The notes under the pieces: generated by a model
The model's database searches: none
What the model saw: the letters and a program-made list of their open reading frames with translations, nothing else
Told to the model about the DNA's origin: nothing
Translations under genes and position numbers: made by a program
Shown: positions 49,814 through 61,536 of the stretch, piece by piece
Layout: each line of letters opens with the position of its first letter
Numbering within the stretch: the stretch's first letter is position 1
Origin: Azolla caroliniana
Lineage: Eukaryota; Plantae; Polypodiophyta
Assembly: GCA_043228905.1 (NCBI GenBank)
Contig: JBHGNT010000018.1
Coordinates: forward strand, 13,950,001 to 14,014,000
Direction: 5' to 3'
Length of the DNA: 64,000 bases

Positions 49814-51776
49814 CTCCAGCGGCGGCCGGTGAAGAGCACCGCAGAATCAGCCGGGAAACGTTCGGACCCACAGAGGGATGGAACACCCGCAACTCACGCC
49901 AAGGGAGGCACCGGAACCGGTCACAGAAGTCTCGGCACAAACGGCAGCACCGGCAAGCCCCGTCACCCAACAGTCGGAGATACAAAGGCCAACTGCCCCA
50001 GTCAGCGAAGAACAAGCAAACAAGGGGCGACCAGATGAAACACACTCAGAGCCGGAACGGCAAAGCGGTCAGCTGGCAGAACCAGAAGCGCAGCTTGACG
50101 CAGAAAGGCAGGACCAGCCACCGACAAGTGAACCCATCAGCCAACTCTTCGTGCAAGCGCAACAACAGTGCACCAGCAGCCAATGGCTCCGGTGGATAGG
50201 AGACCAAATTGCCGGAGTAGTCGGATGCATAGAGGCGGAGGAAAGAGCGCAAACGGAACGGTTGCTCGTCACAACCGATGAACAGGAGACGGCCCGGTCA
50301 AGGATCCGGTGCCTAGAACAAGACTTGGATCGGATCACAGGAGATATGGCCAAAATGGCCTTAACCACAACGCAGGTCCAAGCACCGGTGACTCTGGTTG
50401 ATGTACAGAAGAATAAGACCCCGAAGACACAAACGGTCCCGGAGAAAGAGGCGGCGCAGGCCCAAGAGCTTGCGGAATTACGAGATGAGCTAGCCGCAAA
50501 AGAAGCATTACGGAGCCGCGAATGCGACTTGAAGAAGGCAGCCGAAGAAGAATTAAGAAAGACTGTTGAGAACCTTCACCGGGCAGAGGAAAACCTGCGT
50601 AAAGGACATCATGCTTACAACCGGCTGAAGGAGGAAAAAGAGAAAGTGCTGCAGGAAAAAGACAAGCTGCGACGGATGGTGGAAACGGAAATCGAGCGGC
50701 TGAAGGAAGAGCTCCGGCAACAGAAGGACCGGGAGGACCGCGCGCGCCGTCAGATAAACCAAAGGCTGAAGCAGAAGACCGATGATTTCGATCATCTGCA
50801 TCAGGACTACAAGCTGCTAGAGACGGAGCATCAGCAACGGATGGCCGAGCTCCGGCAAGAGGTTGATAAGGCCACAACGGCACTCGCCGAAGAACGAGCG
50901 GAAAGTTCCAGGCTATTGGAGGAAGCGTCGAATGCCCGGATGGAGCTCCACAAACAGAACCATGAAGACAAGGAAAGAGCAACAATGGTACTACAGAGGT
51001 TGCAAACAACCTATCAAAATCAATTGTCACATTATAGGGAGCAGGAGGCGGACACGGTTCGGATCATCAAGCAGTTGAAGGAAGAGCGACAAGCCGTAGA
51101 AAATAAATCACAGATGGGAGCCGAACGGATCCAGTGCATCCTCCGGTCATGGCTCACTAAAACCAAAAGCTTGATTGATGACAGCTCTGTGCGTTGGTGG
51201 GCAAAATGGGCGTAGAATACCGCGGAACTCCAATTGCTTAGGGCGGACGTTGAAAAGCGGCGAAAGGAGGGCGACGACTGCTATATGCTGACCTCGGAGG
51301 ACTTCACCACCATCAGGGACGAGCTGGCGGAAGATTTCACAGCCCTGGCGGATGAACAATTGGTGCAGGTCCGGCAGCTCATAGCTCAACTAGACGATGA
51401 TCGGCTGGAGGCTCAAATCCAGCTCGAAAGCTATGAGCTGTCCCGACTCCGGGAAGAAAAAGAGCGAAAGACGGCAACAGTCAACCTTAGGGATGAGGAA
51501 CCGTCGCCGGTGCAAAGACCGAAGGGGGAACATGTCGGGGTTAGTCAGCCACAGACAACTCCGACGGAGGAACCAACGATGGAAACACCGGTGCCAGAGC
51601 CACAAACGGAGCAGCAGCCACAGCCGCAAACGGAGCAACAACCACATCCGCAAACAGAATAGCAGCCACAGCCACAAACGGAACAACAGCAGTAGCCACA
51701 GCAACAACAACAGATTCCCGACGAGCCATTGGAAATTTTGGAGCAAAGCATTCTAGAAATTTTGGACGAAGTGTAA
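49814..51776 (+). pseudogene. extra ORF of element A: long coiled-coil protein with P/Q/E-rich tail (5' end deleted)
   Basis: ORFs 49878..51215 and 51234..51662 in one frame, separated by TAG; heptad-like E/K/R/L runs; 24-bp repeats encoding PQPQTEQQ at about 51590-51710. Confidence 0.78.
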
Positions 51777-51830
51777 AAGGGCCGGATAGTGGGTTCGACG
51801 TTTAAGGTACTGTCCCACGGGCATGCCATG

Positions 51831-52299
51831 TGTTACCGGCTGGCAAAGAAGGCTAAAGGAGGTCCAAACTCCAAACCAGAGTGTGAAAGGAATAGTTATT
51901 CGGGAACTGTTGGAATTATTAGTCTTAATATATACATATTATTATATAAGAAGATGTGGACGGACAAACCGGAATCAGTATGCCGATCTGGATCCGGAAT
52001 GATTCCGTAAAGGTGTCGTTTGGCACCATTTTGTATTTTGCATCGAAGACCTATATAAAGGCCCAATTACAATGTAATCAGTAGCGGATAATTAATAAAG
52101 CTTATGGTCTTAATCTTCAAGTGTTGATTACCGTTATGTAATTATTGTCATATCTTACGTGTGTTAATTACGGATGACTAAGTAATTGATTAAGGTCTAA
52201 TTAAGCATTGTGCCGTAAGTCATTCTGCCGTACACCCTTTGGTGACGTGTCTTAAGTGGACACCCTATGTTAGGCTATTGTCCGGCCCTAGCAATAACA
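51831..52299 (+). repeat. 3' LTR of element A
   Basis: direct repeat with 31640-32109, followed by TSD CTTCT. Confidence 0.95.
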
Positions 52300-55200
52300 C
52301 TTCTTCCAGGGTGTTTTTGAGGTTTTTGATTTCTTGCTTATTAACCGCAACCGTTTCCTCATACTGGTTCTTCATCCCTGCCCATATCTGAGATTCTTTC
52401 GAGTGTAATTCCTGTAGCCGGCCCATTTCATTGTTTAGGCGGACTTCGACCTGATGCCTCACTTCTAGTTCTCATACGAGCTGCTCGTCGTACCACGCTT
52501 TCTTCTTTTCCAATAACGCCTGGAGTCCTGTGATCGCCACTTCCGACTTTTGGGCTTCTTCCCGTATTTTGGTGTTTTCTTCTGTCGTGCGGGTGTGCGC
52601 TACTGCCTCTGCTTCGAGATTCTCTTCGAGTGCCTTCACTGCCTTTCGACCTTTGGCCCGGATGTCCTTTTCTCTATCGGAGGATTGGCGAAGTTCGGAG
52701 CGGAGGCGGTCAATCTCGGACTCTGCAAGCTGCATAGCCCTTTTTGCTTTAGCAGTGATGGCTTGTTGTGCGGCAATCTCCTGTTATAGGGTTATCGAGG
52801 GGTCCTCACCCATTGTTGGTTCGGGATTTTGCGGTGCCCTAGTGATGCTGTGTTCGAGCTCCGTACTGCGCTCTTGGGCCTTCTGTAATTGGGCTTGAGT
52901 CAACTTGACTATTTTCCTCATGTTTTTATTCTTGCTAACCATATCCTTGGTTCCCACACTCACTCTAGCCAATTCCCGATGTACCTCGACTAGGGCCGCA
53001 TTCAATGGAGGTAGTTCAATGCCCATACGCCGAATCCCCGCATTCCGTTGTCTGCCTTCCTTGGCTAGAGGCCCTTCATCCTCACTTTCTGTTGTGCGTG
53101 TGAGTGCACGCTCAATCATCTGTTGCTCTCCGTGCTCCTCCGCCATTCTCTGCAATACCTTAATTTGGTGCGTTGCCAAAAATTCCATGAGTTCGTAAGT
53201 TGTTCCAAATTGTAGTCGCGCACCGAACTCATGAGCTATATCCGGGATGTCTGGGTACTTTAGGACTTCGCTTTCCGCCGTGAATATGCCTTTCCCACGC
53301 TATGACTGGGCCGTAATGATCGGTCGTGGTTCCTGGATTATTTCTAAAGTGGTGTTGGGCGCCGTAGCTGTGGAACTGTCAACCAAGGCGGTGGTGTCTG
53401 TGTCCGCGGTTGTGTCTTTGACTAGTTTGCGCCCATCTTTCCTATCCAGACTACGTCGTTTCGCCCTCGGGCTTTCCTGGCGTTGCTCGGCTTCCTGCTC
53501 CTGCGGGGCTTCCTCCCTGCTTGCCGGCCATTCTTCCTGTGTTGTTCGCGTGCTGGGCTGGGAAGATTGTGGTTCATCTTCCCATTCCGTGGTAGCCAAC
53601 TCTGCTAACCGCCGTTTCACGGAATGTGGCGGTGTCGTGGGTTTACTGGGTTGTGGTGCGGGCAAACCTCGGGGTGGGAATAGTATCGTCAGATATTGTT
53701 GTATGATTGGCCTGTATGGCATCGTGGTGCAGCGTGTTCTTGCTCGAGAAGTTTGTGCATGCATCAAGTCCTTTTAATAGCGTCACTATCTTCTCTCTTT
53801 TTTTTTCTTTTTTTTCCTAACAGTTAAATACAATATTACTGTTACACTATAATACACGTGGGTCTCTTTAATTAATCCGCGGATTCTTCGGCCATGTCGT
53901 TTACGGCGTGGAATGGGTTTAGTGGCACCGGTCTCAGGTAGGGTTTTAGTCAAAACCCATTCACCTTTTGTCGTAACACTTCTCCATCCAGGGTGCCTAG
54001 TTGAAACGTGCCATTTTCCACGCCAACTATCCAGTACGGCCCCATCCAGCGGAATCTTAATTTACCTGGCATTTGCCCCATTCGTGTTTGAAAGACTAAG
54101 ACCGCATTGCCGACCGCAAAATCTTTTTCACGCGCATTTTGATGCCGGTCCACGAATGCTTCAGATGGCCATGCTTCGTAATCGTTTCTCGCCTAGTTCG
54201 TGCAACTGTTGTAACCGTATTTGTTTGGATTTGTGTTCTGATAGCCGGTCTCGTACCTGAATCCGTAGATTGGGTACTTGAAATTCGACTGGCATTACGG
54301 CCTCCAGCCCAAATGCTAGCCGGAAAGGCATAGATTGTATGCTAGTCTTATAGCTAGTTCGGTACGCCCATAACAAGTTGTGTAATTTGGTATCCCAGTC
54401 TATTCTGTTCTCATTGACGATCTTTTTTAGTATGGTTTGTAATGTTTTGTTCGTGGACTCCGCTAAACCATTCGCATGTGGATAATATGGCGTGCTCTTC
54501 TTGTGGACAACAACATATGACCGAATTCAGAACGTGCCTTCCTTGGTCGCTGATGAGCTCGATAGGGCAGTCAAAACGACACCAGATGTGTTCATAAAGA
54601 AATTTTTCCGTCATTGCCGCGGTATTTTCTCGTAGTGCTTTCGCTTCCACCCACTTGGTGCAATAATCAATAGCCATGAGTATATGTTTATTGCCAGTCC
54701 GAGCTACTACCAGTGTAAATGGCCCCACGAAATCGAGTCCCCATTTCTGGAATGGAACCAACGGCAACACTGGTTGATGTGGCATCCTTGCGACCTCCGT
54801 GGGCTGGCACATCGGTTGACACAGATCACATTGTTTGCAATATTCATACGCATCCTTTTGCGTAGTCGGCCACCATAGACCGGCTTGCCAGACTCTATGA
54901 GCCGTAACATCGCCCGCGTAGTGTCCTCCTGCCGTACCACAGTGAGCTTTGCGTAGAACCGCTTCCTTCTCATCTTGGCGTATTCCACGTCGCTGCCTTT
55001 GTGATACAGGACCCCTTCGACCAAACAGAAGTTACGACTTCAGACAGCCAATCGTTTCTTTTCGTCTGTCCTTAATTGCGGCGGTGGTAATCCTGTGGTC
55101 AGAAAGAATGTCATCTCCATCAACTACCGATCTGGAAAAGTTTTTTCCGTACGTGTCGCTATAGTTGCGATCCGCAGGATGTCTGCATCAGGAAAGTCTT

Positions 55201-55425
55201 CATCATCCTTTCGCACCATTTCTCCATTATCCATCCTGCTTAAGAAATCCGCTACAACATGTTGCGTACCAGGTGGATGATGTATAACAAAGTCAAACTC
55301 CTGGAGCAACAACATCCATCTAGCCAATTTTCCTGTTAGCGCCCCCTTCCCCACCAGGTATAGCAACGTCGTATGGTCCACGTGAAACGTAAATTTCTGC
55401 CCTAGTAGATAATGTTGGAATTTAT
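52300..55425 (-). mobile_element. element B, 5' part: RNase H end, integrase and extra-ORF N-terminal two thirds
   Basis: ORFs 55124..55381, 54411..54812 (WGLDFVGPF), 54161..54376, 53950..54153; coiled-coil ORFs 53300..53767, 52784..53188, 52472..52735, 52265..52462. Confidence 0.85.
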
Positions 55426-55429
55426 TGAG

Positions 55430-56621
55430 TACAATTAGTACTAGCGAATATTTGATTTGCCTATCTTCTTGGCCTATGACAGCAGTTCACTGCAATATGC
55501 CCCGGTCCACCACAATAAAGACATAGTCGATTTGTTCAGCCTTGCTGCTTTCCTCTTCCAATAAGGGTATGCGATGATGTGTGGTGTCGATTTCCATCAG
55601 AGTTGGAGTATTTGCTAGAGACGCATTATATGATTCTCTTGGAAAAGGTTTTGCTACAACTGAGGCGTAGGTGGGCTTTGATCTTGTCCTTGGCATCTGG
55701 AACTGACGTTCCAAACATCGTTTGGAAAGGTGGTTATCACATCGTACCACTCGATTGATTGCTTCTATGGGTGACTTTGGTTCTTCAGGGAAAGTCAAAA
55801 GTAAATCCTTGACATCATTACATAGGCCATAACGAAATTGCTCCATCAATGCTTGGTCATCCCAAGGAATATCGGTTGCGAGAAGACGGAAATTCGCAGC
55901 ATAAGTTGAGGCCAGCCGATCACCTTGACGCAGTCTTCAGATTTTGTTTATTGCCGTCCTACCACTATTTGTTGATTGCCTTAAACTCACTAATAAACTC
56001 TTCAAAATTATTTAACAACAAAGAGGTTTTTTCTAATAAAGGGGCGAACCATGCCAAAGTTGTGCCACTAAGTAGCGTTCCTACTATTTCCACTCGTGAT
56101 GCATTGGTGGGATATCAAGAATGATGCATTTGAATCACCAAACGTACTTGATTAAAAAATCATCTAAATTGTGATCTTGTTCCATCAAACATCATAGGAG
56201 GAATGATCTTGGGTTCTTTAGGAGTCCCTTGAGTGCTTGATCCTTGTTGTTGTACTGGCACAATAGTTGCTTCAAGTTGTTGCACATGTAACGTCAGCTC
56301 CCCATGTTGTTGTTTTTCTAGAGCTATTTATTGAAGATCCCCCAACAAACATTGATTTTCTTATTCTAGTGCTACAAACTTCTCTTTTAAGCACTGGAGC
56401 TCTGAAAAAACGGATTGGTATTCTTGAGCTCTAACAATTTCCATTTAGTAGGAAGGATAATAGGATTAGTATGAAAGGAAGGAGGGATAAGAGGATGAGA
56501 AATTCGGTTCAAACTGTCAGAGATAGTACTAGAGATAGAGAGAATTAGTACTAAAGATAGAGAGGAAGAATGAGGATTAGTACTAAGAAGGGGAAAAGCG
56601 TGTGGAGACTCACGAGAGAAG

Positions 56622-56671
<50 letters not shown>

Positions 56672-56978
56672 AATGATGATAACAAGTGGTATATTATATG
56701 AAGAGAAGATACAAGAGTAGCTAGGAGGCTTAAGATTGGCATTGAACCGAATTGGTTTGAAATAATGCCATGTGCATGTATTTATAGTGCTCTCAGGAGT
56801 ACTCCTGAAGTTTCTAGAATGTTCCATAAGAATCTGGAATATACATGAATTTCCTATGGTGAAATAATAAATGAAAATAATATTTTTCATAAGTTACAAT
56901 GCATGGTTTAATGGTAAAGGTTCAACTCATGTAACACAAGGGCATGGGTTTGAATCCTTTTGGAGCCATACCATGACA
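55430..56978 (-). mobile_element. Tcn1-like chromovirus (copy 4): 5' LTR (56978-56515), self-priming PBS, gag; truncated
   Basis: LTR TGTCA...TGACA homologous to 4645-5088; gag ORF 55487..55849 homologous to 537..890. Confidence 0.9.
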
Positions 56979-58070
56979 GGGGTTGTCGTACCGTCTCATA
57001 ATGGAGAGAGTGCATACTTCAGGTATGTTTCCCATATCGACAATGCTCGCAGAAGTCCGTCTTTGCTCGGAGTTTCGGAATGTAGCCGATCGCCATTAGT
57101 CGATCAAGTTCGGCTTGAGACATATGGCTGAGTCGGCCATGCCATAGGTTCGGGTCGATCTTTTCGGTTATGTTCACGGGCCCATCTAGATTGATCGCCA
57201 TCATTGGGTACAAGTTGTTGTACTTGTTCCCGCTTCTAATTCTTAGATCTCCTCAGCTTGTTCTCTCGATCAATTGTGTTGGTCAACCGACTCGGTCGAG
57301 TGATGGGCTTCTGCCAACTCGTCGATGGTTACTCCAATAAATTTTCAATGAATATCCTCAGTGAGGATTTGGCCAATTGTTTTGTCCAAGTTCAATCTAG
57401 GACTGCTATTGGCGAAGGTCGTGCAGAACACCTCCCAACTCGCCGGCAAGCTCTATTGGAGGGCAAGAGCTTTAACTTCTTCTTTGAAGTTAATCCTCTA
57501 GGAGGAGAGTTCAGACAATACCCGACTAAAGGTGTTGATGTGAGAGGTCATTGGGTCCAAATCTCTCATCTTCATATTGAATAGCTGTCGAATCAATATG
57601 AGTTTCAATGAGGGCTTTTTTTCGTACAATGCCTGCACCTTCTCCCATAAAGAGAATGTTGTCGTTTTCGGCCAGATGCATTCGGATGGTGGAGAGTGCG
57701 ATTTCATCTATGGATCTCCACTCTTCGGCTGTCATCGAAGCAAATTTCTCACTGTGTCGAATGGCTTCGACTTGTCTTCTGATGATCAACACACCTTGCA
57801 TCATCTCCTTCCACAAGGCAAAGTTTTTGCCATCGAACTTTCGAATTTCAACTCTTGTACCAGATGTTGAAGCCATGTTCTTTTTGAAAATGAAATTTTT
57901 ACTAACCTTGTCTTCTCTTTCAGCTTTCTCTATTGTTTTGTTGCCATTGAACAGCAAGTCGCGTTGATACCACTTGTTGGATATGGTGTTCAATATATAT
58001 GTGGAAGTATGTGAGGACCTGTAGGTTATGTGCACAGCAAACAACATAGAGTATGATGGAAGAAATTATG
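56979..58070 (-). mobile_element. Ty1/copia 5' fragment with internal deletions (LTR end, PBS, gag, GAG-pre-integrase)
   Basis: PBS TGGTATCAACGC at 57961-57972; KFDGKNFALWK gag; LWHGRLSHMS..FCEHC. Confidence 0.8.
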
Positions 58071-61000
58071 GAAACGTAAACACAGTTATCAAGTGCTTGC
58101 GGTCGGATGGCGGAAAAGAGTACTTTTCTAGCCAATTCAACAGTTATCTGCAACAAATGGGAATTCGGCACGAATTCAGTTGTAGGTATACGTCGGAGCA
58201 AAACGGTGTACCCAAAAGGAAGAATCGGTCGGTTGTGGAAGAGGTGCAGGCAATGCTGGAAGAAAAGAGTATGCCCAAGTTCTATTGGATCGAAGTGGTT
58301 TGAACCGTGGTCTACATCCAGAATCGGATCGGAGAAAAAGTGTCGGCACATGAGCTATATTTCGGAAGGAAGCCGAATCTATGACACTTGAGCGTTTTCG
58401 GTAGCATCGCGTATGTGCATGTGTCGAAGGAGAAGCGGAGGAAGCTTGACGCGAAAGCCGAGAAGTGTATCTTGGTCGGCTATTTGGACGAACAAAATGT
58501 TTATAAGTGTTATAACCGCCGAACCAAACAAGGTTTTGTAAGTTGTGATGTCGTGTTGGATGAGTCTGTGTCTTGGTACTTGCCTCCAACTCCGGACCTC
58601 AACTCCAATCCGAGTTCTGAAGATGAGGTCAGTGAGGCTGAGATGCCGCCTGATGAATGCAAAGTTGGAACTCTTGAAGAGAGTCCGATCTCATTTTGGC
58701 TAACTAGACTGAATGAGCGACTGAGTCGGTTTAACCAGTCAAATGAAGAGCCAGCGAGTAGTGGAGACTCGGTCGTGCATTCCCTGTGCAAGGAGCCGAA
58801 GAGACGGCTTACGCGCAAAGAAAAGGGCAAGAAGAAGATGCCGAAGTACGGCACAGATAGGGACGAGTCTGATCGACGTGAATCCGACTCCGAGAAGAGC
58901 AATGACGGGCCTTCAAGAGCGAAGCCCACGTTAGCTAGAATGGCCTTAACATCAGCTAATGAGCAATTACGCAGATCTACCCGCCAAAAGAAACCTATTG
59001 TGCGGTTCGGATACAACGAGTACATGGCGCATCACTATGCATACATGACACGCGTAGCGGAAGTGCATGAGCCGGAGAGCTATGCAGAAGCGGAAAAGGA
59101 CGCGAATTGGCGTGCCACAATGAAGAAAGAGATGAACACAATTGCGAAAATGAAACTTGGGACCTGGTTGACACCCCCAAGGGTGTAACGCCGATTGGAT
59201 GTAGGTGGGTGTACAAGGTCAAGTACAACACCGACGGCTCGGTCAACCGATACAAGGCCCAGTTAGTAGCGAAAGACTACGTGCAGCAACACGGCATCGA
59301 TTACGATGAGATGTTTGCGCCGGTCACGAAGATGACAATCGTCCGTGTTTTGCTTGCAGTAGTTGCGGCGAAGGGGTGGCACTTACATCAGATGGATGTA
59401 AAGAATGCGTTCCTGCAAGGCGAGCTTGAGGAAAAGGTGTACATGGTACAACCCCTCGGATTTCACTCCGGAATGAACACTTCGGTGGTATGCCAGTTGA
59501 AGAAGCCCCTTTACGGACTAAAGCAAGCCTCGCGTACCTGAAACACGAAGATCACGCAACGATTGCGTCGGATGGGATTTGCGACGTCCAAATCGGACTC
59601 TTCATTGTTCATCCAGCAAGGTCGACTTGGGCCGGTTAGTATTTTACTTTATGTTGATGACTTGGTCATCGCCGGCGTCGACCTAGATGAAATTGATCGC
59701 GGAAAGGTCCAGCTTGTGGCATCATTTGATATGAAGGACCTGGGGAACCTTCATTACTTTCTCGGGATCAAAGTGATCCGAACCCCCGAAGACATACTGA
59801 TCAGCCAACGACATTACGTGCTAAGTGCATGCTCTTCAAGTTCGGGATGGCTGACTGTAAGTCCGTCTCAACTCCTCTCGACAGAACGGTGAAGCTTCGC
59901 CCCGACTTCGGAAAGGTCTACGACCCGAAAAGGTTCCGACAGATTGTCGGAAGTCTCATATACTTGACTATCACCCGACCGGTCGGCTTGATTAGTCAGT
60001 TCATGGCGCGACCAACTGAGGAGCACCTTCAGTGCGTGCAACTTGTACTCAGGTACGTCAGTGGCACTAAGGATCGGGGGCTACTATATCGGACCGGTAC
60101 TATCGTGCAGCTAGTTGGCTATACGGATGTCGACTGGGCCGGAAACACCGGCGATCGCCAATCCACATCCGAATTCACTCCCAGGGCGATCCACATCCGG
60201 ATTCGCTTACTCCCTTGGGAGCGCCGCGATCGCGTGGAGTAGCAAGAAGCAGCCAATAGTTGCACTATCGAGCACAGAGGCTGAGTATCGAGGAGCGGCT
60301 GTCGCAACATGCGAAGCCATATGGCTGAAGCGGCTACTTAAGGATCTGCAGGTGGAGGTGTCCGATCCGACGATGATCTACTGCGACAACCTCAGCAGCA
60401 TCCAACTTGCGAAGAACCCCGTCTTCCACGCTCGGACTAAGCACATTGAGGTGCACTACCACTTTGTCCGCGAGCGTGTCCTCTCTGGTGAAGTTGAACT
60501 TCAGTATGTTTCAACGTATCGACAACACGCTGACATTTTCACCAAACCCCTTGGTCTGGACAAGTTGCGGCAATTCTCAGGTGTGCTTGGTTTGCGGGGC
60601 CTCGGTGTGCTGAACTTGAGGGGGAGAAAAGTCCCTCAAGACCATGAAAAGGAGCAGGAAAGGAGAGGAAGTGACCGCGACACCAAATCGGATGAAGAAT
60701 TCGATTTAGTGTCGGCTAGAGAAGCCGAAGGCGGATCCGCGGAAGAGTCCGGAAGCGGACGAGAGGGCAGCAGCCGAAAGAAAGAGCCAAAGCCAGCCAA
60801 ACATAGGGGAGATGAAGCCAACAAGGGTGAGAAGGCCAAAATTGAGGACAAATTGGAGACAACCAATTCAGACAAAAGCGGAGACGAATCGGAGACAGCC
60901 AATTCGGCTCAGATGTTTGATTTGGAGACGCTGAATCAACTAAAGGCCAAGCGGGAGAAAGGGCAGCAGAAGAGGCGCCAACACCGTGACAACAAGGGAG

Positions 61001-61536
61001 CTGGAAAAGGCCGCACGAGCAGACAAGCCAATCGTAAGGGTCGAGGCGCGCAGAATCGAACGGGTCGAGGAGCTCGAGCGAGGTGTAAAGTCAAGAGAAA
61101 TCGGAGCGTAGGACCGGAAGAGCCTCAAGTTGAGCTTGAGGGGTAGTGTTGAGTTACAAGCTCAACATTGGCCGGATCGGTGCGTAAACCGATGCGTAAA
61201 CCTGTGTGCAACAAGATGTCGGATCGGTGCGGAAACCGGGAGGCCGTTTTACAGATATTCCGCGAGGGAATATATTTGGGAGTTAATGTAGGAGCTCAGT
61301 TATGAGCATTGAAGTACGTGTCAATACTTCTGTCAGTCCGTATGGACTTGTATAAAAGTGCTCCTTGAGCACATCCTATGTACAGAGTTTTACACATTAT
61401 TTTGAATTTAGTTTTTTTGTGTGTTCATTCCCTCTCTGTCTCTCCTGCGTACATTGTCTCTTAAGCTCTCCATTAAACCTGTTTTTCTCTATCGGTATTT
61501 TGTGTTTCATATAGCTTCCGCACGTTACATTTCACA
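58070..61536 (+). mobile_element. Ty1/copia (MDRG-family LTR) 3' part: integrase, RT, RNase H, charged tail, 3' LTR 61147-61536
   Basis: [45 protein letters not shown]; LTR TGTTGAG...TTCACA homologous to 19934-20347. Confidence 0.9.

Larger units (their letters stand above)
31640..52299 (+). mobile_element. element A: LTR-to-LTR non-chromovirus Ty3/gypsy (Athila/Tat/Phygy/Selgy-like) with extra ORF; hosts two nested elements
   Basis: LTRs 31640-32109 and 51831-52299 (TGTTA...TAACA, about 27 differences by eye); TSD CTTCT on both sides; PBS TGGTGACCACG at 32117-32127 (tRNA-Arg-like). Confidence 0.95.

Noticed and set aside
51545-51829. Cys-rich metallothionein/keratin-like ORF on the minus strand
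   Set aside because: Antisense reading of the 24-bp PQPQTEQQ repeat
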